From contig NC_043007.1 of the NCBI RefSeq assembly GCF_006345805.1, positions 1,054,001 through 1,118,000 on the forward strand: DNA of 64,000 bases, in the 5' to 3' direction. Below, piece by piece: positions 1-13,375 of this stretch. Numbering within the stretch: position 1 is the first letter of the stretch; each line of letters opens with the position of its first letter. The notes beneath the pieces are model-generated. The model worked only from the letters and a program-made list of their open reading frames with translations, was not told the origin of the DNA and ran no database searches. The position numbers and the translations under genes were made by a program. Origin of the DNA: Octopus sinensis. Taxonomy: Eukaryota.

Positions 1-335
1 GTCCTACTCGTGTGGCACCCTGGGGCAAGGGTCTTTTACTATAACCCTGGGCTGATCAATACCCTGTGTATGAATTTAGTAGACAGAAACTAAAAGCCCA
101 TTGTGTATAAATAAATGTGCATGTGTATGTGTTTGTCTCCTTGCTTTGACATCTTGTAGTATTTGTAAACGAGCGTCACTGTCATACAAGCAGTGTCATT
201 CGTTTCCAATCATCCAGTCACAAGGAAATATTAGCTTGCTTGGAAACAAGTGCAGGTAGGCAACAGGAAGAGCGTCCAGCCATAAAACACCTGCCTTGAC
301 AAATGCCATAGGAACCGTGCAAGAATGGAAAAGCA
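1..335 (+). mobile_element. SINE, family A2 (family-A head with an alternative tail), cut by window edge
   Basis: GTGGCACCCTGGGGCAAG..GAATTTAGTAGACAGAAACT matches the family-A body. The tail GGCAACAGGAAGAGCGTCCAGCC is shared with copies near 10.2 kb and 25.7-26.3 kb. Confidence 0.7.
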
Positions 336-533
336 AACTTTAAAGACAAAATTAGAGAAAGACAGGAAAAAAAAGAAAAAAAATCTGTGCACTTTACATA
401 AAGTCCATTGCAATATATTTTCTGCACTGAGCTACAGACACTCCCTTATCAGTTTCTGTGTTTGATAAGCAGTGAACCAGTGACTGGCTCATTGGAATTT
501 ATAATTATGATCTTATCATTCACAAAAGTGCAG

Positions 534-717
534 ATATATATATATATATATACACATATATATATATACATGCATATATATATATATACATATATAGACA
601 CACATATATACATTTATATAAACACATATATACACACATATATACACATTTATATACATATACACACACACACATATGTATACATATGGAGAGGGAAGAG
701 AAAGATAGGTAGTACGT

Positions 718-793
<76 letters not shown>
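534..793. repeat. Compound (TA)n/(CA)n/(GA)n microsatellite
   Basis: Directly visible; explains the overlapping YI/SL-rich ORFs. Confidence 0.95.
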
Positions 794-796
<3 letters not shown>

Positions 797-1187
797 TGGA
801 TAGACAGACAGAGAGAGGGAGAAGGAAAGCAGAAAAGTGAGAGAGCAACAGAGTAGGGAAGAGAGAGAAAGAGCAAAAGAGAGAAGAAGAGATGGGGAGA
901 AGGCGGTATGAGAACAATGAGAAAGTGAGTTCAAGTCTATGTATGGTCTGTTAAACTTTTCTCGTTTGTAACTTGAATGAAAAATATATAAATAAGAATC
1001 TAGTTCCAGAAATATGGTTTTATGTGGAAGAAATTAGAGCAGAAACAGGTGTTGGGTGTTGTTGCTGTTGTGAATCATTTCTCAATTGAATGAGTTACAT
1101 GTGTGCCATACTCCTGAGTGACCTCTCTCTACACACACAAGGAATGGCTGTAAGGAATAGAGAAAGAAAGATGGAAGAATGATGGAT

Positions 1188-1236
<49 letters not shown>

Positions 1237-1237
<1 letters not shown>

Positions 1238-1500
1238 AATCAAAATAAGCAACAAGGATATCCAAGGTAGTGTGGTACGATCGTTTCATGCTACATCATT
1301 TTATTCAACAACGTAAGTATTACATCAATTTTAAAATGTAGAGCACTCTTCAGCCACATATGGAATTTTTTTTAATTAAATGGACAAATTTAATGATGTA
1401 ATATTACATTGATGTAATACTTACATTGTTTAATAAAATGAAGTAGCATGAAACGATTGTACTACACTACCTTGGATATCCTTGTTGCTTATTTTGATTA
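1237..1500 (-). mobile_element. Penelope-like (PLE) pLTR-type fold-back element with ~93-bp inverted arms
   Basis: 1237-1329 is the near reverse complement of 1408-1500. It abuts (TA)n and contains a hammerhead fold on the minus strand. Confidence 0.7.
1271..1358 (-). ncRNA. Type I minimal hammerhead ribozyme
   Basis: Minus strand reads UGUGG CUGAAGA GUGCUCUACAU..AUGUAGCAU GAAA C GAUC G UA CCACA. Stem I UGUGG/CCACA, palindromic stem III ACGAUCGU, GUA triplet. Confidence 0.75.
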
Positions 1501-1569
1501 TAATCACCCAATTTGATTTATATGGATAATACCATACCAAATTCTGGTGCCTTTAACTTAAGTACCATA

Positions 1570-1629
<60 letters not shown>

Positions 1630-1869
1630 TGAACAGAGACAGAATGGAAGTGAGAGGAGGAAGAACAAGGGAGTAGATGAGAAAATGAGAGAAAGGAAGA
1701 AAAAGAGAGAGAGGGAAAGAAAATGAGAAAGAGAGAGAAAAAACTGAGAATTTTAGTTAATATATTTTGGCCAATGTCCAAATACCATTCTGGTTCTGAC
1801 CAATCATAGATTACTGAGAATCATTTACAAGCCAATTGCATGTATTTGTACTGTGGTCAATAGCGGTTG

Positions 1870-2090
1870 TTTAGGTCAGCTAGCAGTACAATACCTTGAC
1901 CGAATGAGGGGAGCATTTGTGAGATCATTCAGGCAGTTAGAAATAGAAGCTAAATCACCCTTGAACTCCCAAGAAATGGTAAATGTCTTAGAAATAGTAA
2001 ATTGGATAAAGCACTTTTGGGTTGTCTGTGCGTACAAACAAGACAGGGTGGTCATGACTGAAATGTCTTTGATCATGGATCTGTTTTGAA
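1870..2090 (-). pseudogene. Degenerate CR1/L2-like LINE reverse transcriptase fragment
   Basis: LYAQTTQKCF..GDLASISNCLND resembles the LYADDTK..QxDLxxIxxW region of CR1-clade RT; strongly decayed. Confidence 0.4.
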
Positions 2091-2309
2091 AAAGTTGATA
2101 TTTGGGGTTGGCCGTAAAGCATTCAAACTGGCCAAATCTGGCTCAAATATTCAGCCCTGTTTTATGTTGAAACTGTGTCAGATCTGACCTTTCACGCGTA
2201 CCCTACAATGTCACTGTAAAAATCAACAGCCACATCAAAATCTCAAAGCGAGGAGATAAAGCATAATTCAAAACAATACGAATAAATAAGTTTTACATTC
2301 AAGAAATTA

Positions 2310-2634
2310 TTGGGTTGTCTGGAAAGTTCGTGCCGAATTATTGTAGCTTACCTTCCGATTTATTTTAGAACATTCTTGAGTCCATAAAATAGGATTTGAC
2401 TACACCTCCATTTAGAGCACAGTTTAAGCTGTCTTTTCGTGGAAGAAGGTTTATGTTCTTATAATCTATGTTGATTCTGTAACCCTTTAAAATGGAAGAT
2501 AAGAAAGTTCATTTTCGGCACTTGATGCTTTGGGAACCAGGCAAAAATTGCTGCAGCTTGACCGGGATGTGTTACCCCACCCTCCATATTCACCAGATAT
2601 TGCTCCTTCGGATTTCCACTTATTCAGGTCTCTG
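2310..2634 (+). mobile_element. Internally deleted mariner (DD34D) element, 3' truncated
   Basis: TA then TIR TTGGGTTGTCTGGAAAGTTCGTGCCGAA. MEDKKVHFRHLML is fused to VLPHPPYSPDIAPSDFHLFRSL (mariner YSPDLAPxD motif). Confidence 0.9.
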
Positions 2635-2957
2635 ATCAGAGCTGACTTGGAGGGGGCATCTAACAACAACAAGTATTACTATAATTGTAGCAGCAGCAGC
2701 AGTAGTAGTAGCAGCAATAAGCAAACAGGATTTAAATATAACAAATGATTATTGATTATTAATAGCAAGTATTAGTTTGTTGCTAGGCAACAGAAGAGAG
2801 AGGAAAAAATAAAAAAAAACACAAATACAAAAAATAAATAATTAAATGAGCACTTAATGACCCGGTATAGTCTCAAAGGCTTACAACCGTTGTGCAGGGC
2901 TTCAGGCTATGGAGAGGTACAGGATGGAGTTGGTTATGGAAAAAACTGGCTTCTTTC

Positions 2958-3452
2958 ACATGACTGCGGCCATGCTGGAGCACCGCCTTTAGTCGAGCAA
3001 ATCGACCCCAGGAATTATTCTTTGTAAGCCTAGCACTTATTCTTCTATCGGTCTCTTTTGCCAAACCGCTAAGTTACGGGGATGTAAACACACCAGCATC
3101 AGTTGTCAAGCAATGTTGGAGGGGGGGGGACATACACACATACACACACACACACACATATATGTGTATATATATATGTGTATATATATAAATGTATATA
3201 TGTGTGTATATATATATATATGTGTATATATATATATATGTGTGTATATATATATATATGTATGTATATATGTGTATATATATGTGTGTGTGTGTGTATG
3301 CATATATACGACAAGCTTCTTTCAGTTTCTGTCTACCAAATCCACTCGCAAGGCCTTGGCCAGCTGGAGGCTACAGTAGAAGACACTTGCCCAAGGTACC
3401 ACGCAGTGGGACTGAACCCGGATCGACTGCTTGGAAGGCAACCATGCTAACC
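2958..3452 (-). mobile_element. SINE family A (tRNA head, CORE-like CCTTGGGCAAGT, internal microsatellite)
   Basis: Matches many copies in the window; internal (TA/TG)n expanded to about 180 bp. Confidence 0.9.
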
Positions 3453-4254
3453 GTTACACCACCGACGCTGTATATATATATATATATATACCTATATGTA
3501 AAGACGAAGAGAAGAGAAATGCTTAAGGAGATAAGATGAGAAAGGAAAGGGTTAAAAGGAAACGAGAGAAAACCATGAGATCTGATGAAGGCGTGAGATG
3601 GAGAAAATGGTATGTGAGTATATCACACACACACACACACACACACACAGACAGACACACACATACATGCATATATGTGTGTGTGTGGGAAGAACAGTCT
3701 GTTGAAGATAGTGATGGTCTATCATCATCACCATCATAACCACCACCATGTACATGTGTATATGTACAGGCAGATAAGACGAGGGTATTAAGAGATCCCT
3801 CACTTGAAAATTGGGTATGGGTTAGCAACAGGAAGGACATCCAGCCGTAAAACAATACCTCAACAGCATCTTTGTCTAACCCATGCTAGCATAGCAAAAC
3901 AGAGGTAAAAACAAACGATTTATATCTTATCCTATCGCTATACACACGTACACACATTTACACACACACACACACACACAAACACATATATATACACACA
4001 CACACACACATACACAAAATATGAAGATATTATTATTAATAATGAATAATAATAATAATAATAATAGTGGCCAACAAGCGTAAAACCACACATGCAAATT
4101 TATGTAATTAGAGTACTAGAAAGTACCAGCTGTGCTAGAACTGAGAGTCAGAAATAACTCTGAAGCCACACAAATCTCACTAAAAATATTACAACCATGT
4201 TTTTTAGCAAAGCTGATACTTTCCTGTACCCTAATTTTATTAATCATATATATG

Positions 4255-4402
4255 AAATTATAATTTAGGGTATCTAAAAAGATACCTCCACGCTGGCAAT
4301 AGCAGTCAAAACTTGACTCTAAAACCACATTAAAACCACAGTCAAGTTTTGACTGCTATTTCCAGCGTGGAGGTATCTCTTATATACCCTAAATTATAAT
4401 TT
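4255..4402. repeat. Fold-back inverted repeat with ~63-bp arms and a 21-nt loop
   Basis: 4255-4318 is the near reverse complement of 4340-4402. Confidence 0.9.
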
Positions 4403-4551
4403 TAAATAATTATTACCTTTGAAAGGTCTTTATTCCCATGCTGGCTACCTGATAAGATCGGTATTTAAATAACGATCTTATCCTTATTTATATAGGTAGT
4501 TATATATATATATATGTGTGTATGTATGTATGTATATATATATATATCTAA

Positions 4552-4713
4552 TTCCCTCCTAGCATAGGGCATTTATGTGTAATAATGCCCTCGATATAAT
4601 ACAATAAATATATTTAAGTGAAAAAATTGGTGGATTTTTTTCTCTTATGAGGTTTTTCATGCTAACTACTTGATAAATTCTTTTGAAGATTTTATCCTAT
4701 TTTTAAATTGTAT
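4552..4713 (+). mobile_element. Fragment of the same PLE-like repeat as 47124-47755
   Basis: TCCCTCCTAGC..GCATTTATGTGTAATAATGCCCTC..TTATGAGGTTTTTCA..GATAAATT matches 47599-47755; flanked by (TA)n on both sides. Confidence 0.8.
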
Positions 4714-4884
4714 ATATATATATATACATACATACACACACACACAACTTATAGATACACATATACACACATGTAGATTGTTTATTATAACAGAAATCAA
4801 TTTGTGGGTGACTGGTGATATGTGACAGCTAGTTGACTACAGCTTGTGTAGTAGTATTGGACAGCAACAGAACAACTTGTTGTA

Positions 4885-4924
<40 letters not shown>

Positions 4925-5239
4925 TGTGTTATATCAATGTCAATACAAACAGAGAACTGCATATTAAACGCATATGACAAACAAAAACATTCAAACAAAC
5001 CAGGTCACCTTTCTTTATCACACGAAATGTCAAACCTTAGACATTAGAAAAAAGAGTCACTGGGTGGGACTGCGTGTGGAGAATCTGAAGTGAGTAGGAA
5101 GGTCTGTGAGATGGGGTGCCTCAGTGCATGTACAAATGCATCTTCAGATGCAAGCAGAAATTTTTGGCAAGCTGGGTTTTTTTTACCCCCTTTTGTATTG
5201 TGGTTTATTTAACCCCAAGTCACTTCTACACAGAATACA

Positions 5240-5770
5240 CTTTTACGTGTTTCACTCATTTGACTGCGGCCATGCTGGAGCACCGCCTTTAGTCGAGCAA
5301 ATCGACCCCAGGACTTATTCTTTGTAAGCCTAGTACTTATTCTATCGGTCTCTTTTGCCAAACCACGAAGTTATGGGGATGTAAACACACCAGCATCGGT
5401 TGTCAAGCAATGTTGGAGGAACAAACAGACACAAACATATGCACACACATAGATATATATATACAACGGGCTTCTTTCAGTTTCCATCTACCAAATCCAC
5501 TCACAAGGCTTTGGTCAGCTTTTGTAAGTGAATTTTGTAGATAGAAACTGTGTGGAAGCCCCTTACATATATGTGTGTGTGTGTGTCGGCAACCCTTTCC
5601 ATATCACTTGACAACCGTTTACCTCCCCTGTAACTTAGAGGTTCAGCAAAAGCCACTAACAGATCTAGAAGTACCACACTTCAAAAAATAAGTGCTGTGA
5701 TTGATTTCTTTGACTAAAACCCTTCAAGGCAGTGTCCCAGTATGGTCACAGCCCAATGAGTGAAACAAGA
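5240..5770. mobile_element. Two headless family-A SINE bodies fused in opposite orientation (5240-5518 minus, 5520-5770 plus)
   Basis: Both halves match the family-A 3' body; the strand switches at about 5519. Confidence 0.8.
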
Positions 5771-6811
5771 AATATATATATATATTTTTTCAAGGTGGTG
5801 CTCCAGCATGGCCACAATCTAATAACGGAAACAAGTAAAATATATATATATATATATATGGGATGCAGCATGAAATTTTGTCAGTGATCAGGTCGCGGTC
5901 TCAAAGCACTGAAAATATTTTGGCAAATTAAATTTAAATGTTGAAGTGAATCTAACATGATCTGAGATCAGGTCACTTGCTATGCAAGTACATCTCTCTC
6001 TCTCTCTCTCTTGATATATATATAGATAGCATACATTTATTACTCAGCGGCATATCTTTGTAGATGTTTAAATACGTACGTCATTTCCTAATTAAGGCAA
6101 ATCATATCAATACCAATAATCTTTTAGGGTTGGTAATTAATTGATAAACGCACGTTTTTTGGGTGCCAAACAAAGCGTCAGCAATTCAAAATCATAAATA
6201 ACACTGCAATAATAAAGTCCCTCAGGTGATTAGTGTGGGTTTGAGTGACAACACCCACATTTGCTATTCATGAGGCAATAACAAAAGAAAAAAAGAGAAA
6301 AAGAATAAGGAATCCTAGATTAAATCTTGTTTTGGAAGTTTTGAGTTTAGCTTTAAACAAATCATTCATTGAAATGTAATAGGGGAGTGTGTTCTTGAAA
6401 AAATCTGTCTTAAGTTCAAAGTTTTTATTACAAGTCTACCTTTATGCCCAAGGATTTCTGATTGTGATATTTGCCCCCTTTTTTTAAATTATTATCTTCA
6501 TTTTTGTGTATTTGTTTCTTATATATATATACATATGTGCAGGTGTGGCTGTGTGGTAAGAAGCTTGTTTCGCAACCACATGGTTCCGGGTTCAGTCCCA
6601 CTGTGTGGCACCTTGAGCAGGTGTCTTCTACTTTAGGCTTGGGCCAAACAAAATCTTGTCATTGAATTTGGTAGTGCTGGCATACCAATGATGTTAAGAA
6701 GTGTACTTTGCAGCCACATGGTTTTAATCTCATTGCCACTCACTGTATGACATTTGTGATAAGGTCTAGGTTGACAAATGACTTATGAGTGAATTTGGGA
6801 GATGGAAGCTA

Positions 6812-7003
6812 ATTCCAAAGATACACAATCAGTTCTCTTTGGTATCAAAGAAAACTGATTGTCAGTGATCCTTTGGTATCAAAGGGACACTGACAATCAG
6901 TTTTTTTCAATTCCAAATATCCAGAGACAATCAGTTCTTTTCGATTCCAAATATCCAGAGAGAATCACTTCTTTTTGATTCCAAACATACACTGACAATC
7001 AGT
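6812..7003. repeat. 34-bp minisatellite with one inverted unit forming a hairpin (6851-6904)
   Basis: ATTCCAAA occurs at 6812, 6910, 6944 and 6978. AAAACTGATTGTCAGTG pairs with CACTGACAATCAGTTTT. Confidence 0.85.
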
Positions 7004-7314
7004 ATACAGAAAAGCTACAGGTGACAATCCTGTGAGGTACAAGGATAAGCGGGCCATTGCAAACTTGAACTAGATATTCTAATCTGCGTATCACTGATAC
7101 CAAAATTAGGATATTGTATTACAAGGCCAGGGGATAGGCTTCTATGAAATTTTATCTGAGTATCATTGGGATTATGAACACTAGACGAACAGAGGTCAGC
7201 AAAATGCAGATGAAAGTATAATACTTTGGCATGGATATCTCACACAGGTGAGAAAGAAAGCACTAAACTGAAAGAAAAAAACAAATAAAACACCAGCCAA
7301 TTAACAATAAAATG

Positions 7315-7576
7315 ACTGGCTTCTGTGCCGGTAGCATATAAAAAGCACCATCCGAATGTGGCCGATGCCAGCGCTGCCTCAACTGGCTCCAGTGCAGGTG
7401 GCACGTAAAAAGCACCCACTACACTCGCGAAGTGGTTGGCGTTAGGAAGGGCATCCAGCTGTAGAAACTCTGCCAGATCAGACTGGAGCCTGGTGCAGCC
7501 CCTGGCTTACCAGACCCCGGTCGAACCGTCCAACCCATGCTAGCGCGGAAAACGGACGTTAAATGATGATGATGAT
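7315..7576 (+). mobile_element. SINE-like family C with (GAT)n tail
   Basis: GGCACGTAAAAAGCACC..GGAAGGGCATCCAGCTGTAGAA..GGACGTTAAATGATGATGATG; other copies at 13.1, 17.1 and 18.1 kb. Confidence 0.85.
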
Positions 7577-8392
7577 GTTACCATAGGGTGGTTAAAGTTT
7601 GGTGTGGTGGTTGCATTTGATAACAGAACTACATAGGCACAGGACAAGAGTTGCTGATATAGATGAAAGGAACCTAAGAGAGCAAAATAACTGGATTATT
7701 ACAGCAGCACTGACTGCCTTATAATATTCATTCTGTTAGTAAGTCAAAATGACGATTATAAGAATATTACTTAGTTCAATTAACACTGGATTCCGTTTTC
7801 ATCTTTCATGTTTTCAAGTTTGTTAAAGTACCAGTCTCATATTGGGGATTGATTCTTATGTCTTTATTATTTCTCTCTCTGGAATAAATTGGACTGTGGC
7901 CAGACTCGGAGAGAAATATTGCTCTAGCAATGTCTAAAAATACCCAAGACACAATATTTTGCAACTTCACCTCTGTGACTTGATCAGGAGCTGGAAGGTT
8001 AAGGTAGGGCAAAGTAACCTGGCAGTTCCTTGGTAGGATTGATCTAGTTTAGTAATTTTGGCTGAGGAAGAATTCAAAGCATTGCAATAGCCAGATTTAG
8101 GCAATAGACATTAGTGAAAGGAGTAAGAATAGATGTGAAATCTTACTGGTACCGAACCCCTTAAAATTGGTCCCTGGTTCTATACTACACACTTCCTGTG
8201 TTAAAGTATTCTAAATTAAAACCTTCCATCAAACTTTGATGTTAATTTTTGTTCAAAATGTCAGCTAAATAATAACAGAGTTATTTTACAAAATTCTTTA
8301 TTTCCAGAATTTATTGAAATAAAAACAATGTATTTCTAGAGAAATATTGTAACCTAAGGGTTTCGCACGATGTAAAGTCTGCTGTTGCTGTT

Positions 8393-8719
8393 GAGAAGTC
8401 CGAATCGTGATCCTTTGCTATTCGTAAGACCCACAGAAGAGAAAGCAGGTCAACCCCTGACACCGAGAGCATCAACGGATGGATGAATGCGCATCCAGGT
8501 TCAGCGGTTGCGTAGGAAGTCGGGGACAAGAAACAGGAAGAGTGAGAGAAAGTTGGAGTGAAAGAGTACAATAGGGGTCGCCACTACCCCTTGCTGGAGC
8601 CTCGTGGAGCTTTAGGTGTTTTTTTGCTCAATAAACACACACAACGCCCGGTCTGGAAATCGAAACCGCGATCCTCCGACCACGAGTCCACTGCCCTAAC
8701 CACTGGGCCATTGCGCCTC
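8393..8719 (-). mobile_element. tRNA-derived SINE family D
   Basis: Minus head GAGGCGCAATGGCCCAGTGGTTAGGG (A box) and GGTTTCGATTTCC (B box); paralog at 42206-42570. Confidence 0.88.
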
Positions 8720-9324
8720 TGTTGTTGCTGCTGCTGCTGTCAATGTTGCCATCCAGTATCAGGACATTGACACTGAAACAGATCTTGGATCAAAGTTATA
8801 TCAGGGTTTGGCATTCGGTTTTTTGCATTTTCAGATTGTATCTAGAATTACATGAGCCAATGTGGCTGTTGCTTTAAAGTAATGCGGTGGGGGGAAAGGC
8901 ATGAGTTGAGGAAATTCTGCTGCTGTTTGTAGGATACTGAATAACCATTTACAATTGACAAATTCTTCTGTCAGTGCCTGTGCAGAGCAAATAGTGCGTG
9001 TGCAAGTAGGCCGTGTGATGGGCTGCATCAAGCACCATGATGGATGTCAGTAAAAAAAATACCAAAATAAGCAAAGACAAATGAGCAAGGAATAATTTTT
9101 TTTAAAAAATGGCATGGAATAAAGATTAGAGAAATATGCAAATACCCTTAGTAGGAATCATCTTAAGATGGAGTGGGAGGGGTGGTGGTGCGGGGGTGAG
9201 GTGAACATCGAGAAAGTAGTGAGAACAATAGGGTATGTGTGTTTTAGTTCTCACTAATGTTACAGTTGTCTGATTTTCTTATCAATGTCTTTCTGAGAGA
9301 GGAGAGAAAGAGACACAAATACAG

Positions 9325-9395
9325 AGACAGATATATATATATACACACACACATATACATATCTCTCTCTATATATATATACACACACACACATC

Positions 9396-9427
<32 letters not shown>

Positions 9428-9607
9428 TACATATCTATATATATACACACACACACATACATATCTATATATACACACACACATATCTATATATATACAC
9501 ACACACATCTCTATATATATACAACACACACACACATATCTATATATATACACCACACACACACACACATATCTATATATATATATATATATATATATCT
9601 ATATATA

Positions 9608-9638
<31 letters not shown>

Positions 9639-9644
9639 TCTATC

Positions 9645-9678
<34 letters not shown>

Positions 9679-9789
9679 TCTATATATATATATATACACA
9701 CACACACATCTAATATATATATATATAACACACACACACACACACATCTATATATCTATATATACACACACACACATCTATATATATAT

Positions 9790-9820
<31 letters not shown>

Positions 9821-10110
9821 CACACACATATCTATATATATACACACACACATATCTATATATATACACACACACATATCTATATATATACACACACACA
9901 TATATATCTATATATACACACTCATATCTATATATACACACACACATATCTATATATACACACACACATATCTATATATACACACACACATATCTATATA
10001 TACACCCACATATATATCTATATATACACCCACATATATATCTATATATACACCCACACATATCAATATATACACACATCTATCTATACATACACACACA
10101 CAGACATATG
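9325..10110. repeat. Compound minisatellite (CACACACATATCTATATATA-type units)
   Basis: Directly visible. Confidence 0.95.
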
Positions 10111-10619
10111 TAAGAGAGCCATTGCATGTGGGTATGTACGTGTGTGTGTGTGTGTGTGTGTGTGTTGACATTGTGTGATGGTTGTAAATGTGTGTCATTG
10201 TCACACACTGTTTATTCATTTCCCAGTATTCCGTGAGATCCTGTCTGGTTGTGGGGAAATATTACTGTTGCTTGGAAACAAATGAGGGTTGGTGACTGGA
10301 AAGGCATCCGGCTGTAGGAAACCTGCGTCAAGTAGATTCTGCCTGATCCATGGGAGGAGGCTGCTGGAAAGTTCCTGGCTTTAAGGGGATTGCGAAAGGC
10401 CAGATTGGAGGCCCAACCATCTCAGTCCTTTTACAGGGCTTAGCAAGAACGAATGACTGCTGTAGTAAGTATTTGAGAGAGGAATATGTTTAATTAAAAT
10501 CATAATTAACGATCCTCCTGTATTTTCTTCTACCCAAAGCCAGCAACTTTTCAGCACCCCCTCGTGTGTGTGTGTGTGGAGGAAGACAGAGACGAACAAC
10601 TTAAACGTATAAATGGTAT

Positions 10620-11028
10620 ACTCTTTTGCTCTTTTACTTGTTTCAGTCATTTGACTGCGGCCATGCTGGAGCACTGCCTTTAGTCGGGCAAATCGACCCC
10701 GGGACTTATTCTTTGTAAGCCCAGTACTTATTCTATCGGTCTCTTTTGCTGAACCGCTAAGTTACGGAGACATAAACACACCAGCACCGGTTGTCAAGCA
10801 ATGCTAGGGGGACAAACACAGACACACAAACATACACACACACACATATACATAAACATATATACGACGGGCTTCTTTCAGTTTCTGTCTACCAAATCCA
10901 CACACAAGGCCTTAGTCGGCCCGAGGCTGAAGTAGAAGACACTTGCCCAAGGTGCCACGCAGTGGGACTGAACCCAGAACCATGTGGTTGGTAAGCAAGC
11001 TACTTACCACACAGCCACTACTATGCCT
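10620..11028 (-). mobile_element. SINE family A, full length
   Basis: Minus head with TGGCTGTGTGG (A box) and GGTTCAGTCCC (B box), tail ..TGACTGAAACAAGTAAAAGAG. Confidence 0.92.
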
Positions 11029-11531
11029 ATATCTTATAATGGTAAATAATTCAGTGACATTAAATGACAACCAATAACGAAAATATAAGTATTTTTTATG
11101 CAATTATATATGTTCATAATGTGTATTATATATATATATATATATATATACGTATATATATATATATATACACTTATATATAGATGTGCGTGTAGCCATG
11201 TAGCCAAGACCTCATTTAAACATAATCAATTGTCTGTTATATTAAGCAACAGACTGAAGGTCTTTTATAAATATAACATTAGATATGAATTCCATGCTGT
11301 GAGTAGAAAAACAAAATGATGGCACAACCCAAAGTGGAATAATTGATCAGATATTAACGACTCGATTTATTATTAACAATGAAACAATACAACAAATTTC
11401 ATTTAGCATAGAATTCTAATGATTTTTTTTTTTAACACTTGCACAAGGGAATAGCAGTGTATATAACAATTATGGTGCTATATGAATGTGTGTGTGTGTA
11501 TGTATATATATGTGTGTATGTATGTATATGT

Positions 11532-11666
11532 AGGCATGGGAGTGGGTGTGTGGTAAGAAGCTTGCTTTCCAACCATATGGTTCCAGGTTCAGTCCCACTG
11601 TGTGGTACCTTGGTGGAAGTGTCTTCTACTATAGCCCGTAGTATGTGTGTGTGTGTGTATGTATAT

Positions 11667-11719
<53 letters not shown>

Positions 11720-11932
11720 CATACATATATATAACTGAAAGAAGCCCATCTTATATATATATATATATGTGTGTACGATGGGCTTCTTTCAGTTTCCGCC
11801 TATCAAATCCACTCACAGGGCTTTGGTCGACCTGAGATTATAGTAGAAGACACTTGCCCAAGATGCCACGCAGTGGGACTGAACCTGGAACCATGCATTT
11901 GGGAAGCAAGCTTCTTACCACACAGCCATGCC
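11532..11932. mobile_element. Two family-A SINE heads in inverted orientation around (TA)n
   Basis: 11532-11640 is a plus head; 11772-11932 is a minus head. Confidence 0.85.
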
Positions 11933-12154
11933 TGTGGTGTATAATGATCATTTCTACAAGACACTAAATCAAACATCTGTAGGGGGAAAGGGAAGTCAAT
12001 TAACTAGACCCCAGTATTTTGCTGGTATCAGCTGTATTTATCCTGGAAGTATGAAACACTCCACCTTATTGTTTCCAAGCAAACTTCTTAATTCCTTTAT
12101 TATCAATATGCTTAAAACTACCCCTAGCTCTATGATACCACCCTGCTGTTTTAA

Positions 12155-12305
12155 CCCTTTCTTTACTGTATTTATTTTGAAATGCTCTGTGTTTTTTTTT
12201 AAAACGATATTGTAGGGTTGGTGTGAGAGATCAGATCTGGCCATTTTGAACATAAAACAGGCAGAACACTTTTGGCCGGATATGGCCAGTATAAATGCTA
12301 AAGGG
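12155..12305. mobile_element. piggyBac-type MITE remnant
   Basis: TTAA|CCCTTT...AAAGGG|TTAA. Confidence 0.65.
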
Positions 12306-13124
12306 TTAAGAACGGCAGAAATATTTCATTAAATTCTTTATTTTCAAAATTAATTGAAATAAAGGCTATGTAATTTAAAAGAAATATAACAAACGGCTTA
12401 AGTAAGTAGTCATGTTTGCATTCATGGGTTGCATAACACAAAATTCTCATTGAAGGGCCTCATTTCACCATCATCTGATTTTGCTCAAAGTGTCCTAGTT
12501 TTCTGCCCTTCGAATAATTTTCTAAATTCTTGAGTGAAGAATGCTCCCATGTACAAAAAGTAAAATGATAAATAAATAAATGATTAACATACCTGACAAT
12601 TGCAATTAACCTGTCGATTTCTATTTTTACTGTAGGACTATGTGAAGTCGCCGGTCAGATGAATCAAAAATAACTATAATCATAAAGGAGATTCACACAC
12701 ACACACAGGCATGTGGACACACAGACACACTCTCATGCAAACACACACACACACACGTAAGGTGTACTGGTGAGTTGTGGTAATACTGGGTCAGGGCTGG
12801 TTTAGCAGCATAGAAAAATTGTGAAAGGAGTCAATTTATTGGGGATGGTGGTGGTGGTTGTGGGGGAGTATTTTCATGCCAGTGGGATCTCTTACAAATA
12901 TGGGGTGGGGTGAGGGGACCTCCATATTTCTTTCCTTAAAAAAAAAAAAAAAGGTTCTAAATTAGTCTTTTAAGATAAATGTTATTTCTCTTTAATAATA
13001 ACCTTATCTAATATATATATAAGAGAAGGCATGGCTGTGTGGTTAAGAAGGTTGTTTCCCAACCGTGTAGTTTTGAGTTCGTATTTCGAGGTATCACTGT
13101 ACTTCACATCTCCCCTACTGTATC

Positions 13125-13375
13125 ATCATCATCATCATTTAACGTCCGTTTTCTATGCTAGCATGGGTTGGATGGTTCGACCGGGGTCTGGGAAGCCAGG
13201 AGGCTACACCAGGCTCCTGTCTGATCTGGCAGGGTTTCTACAGCTGGATGCCCTTCCTAATGCCAACCACTCTGTGAGTGTAGTGGGTGCTTTTTATGTG
13301 CCCCACCAGCACAGCTGCCAGAGTGGGGGGGGGGGGGCTGGCAGTGGCCACGATCGGTTGGTGCTTTTTACGTGC
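13125..13375 (-). mobile_element. SINE-like family C
   Basis: Reverse complement of 7315-7576, with a (CAT)n tail at the left. Confidence 0.85.

Noticed and set aside
6812-7003. CRISPR-like regular repeats
   Set aside because: Units are contiguous without unique spacers; eukaryotic context and no cas genes.
8835-9005. Plus-strand acceptor TTTTGCATTTTCAG and possible exon
   Set aside because: Stops in all three frames and no partner exons identified.
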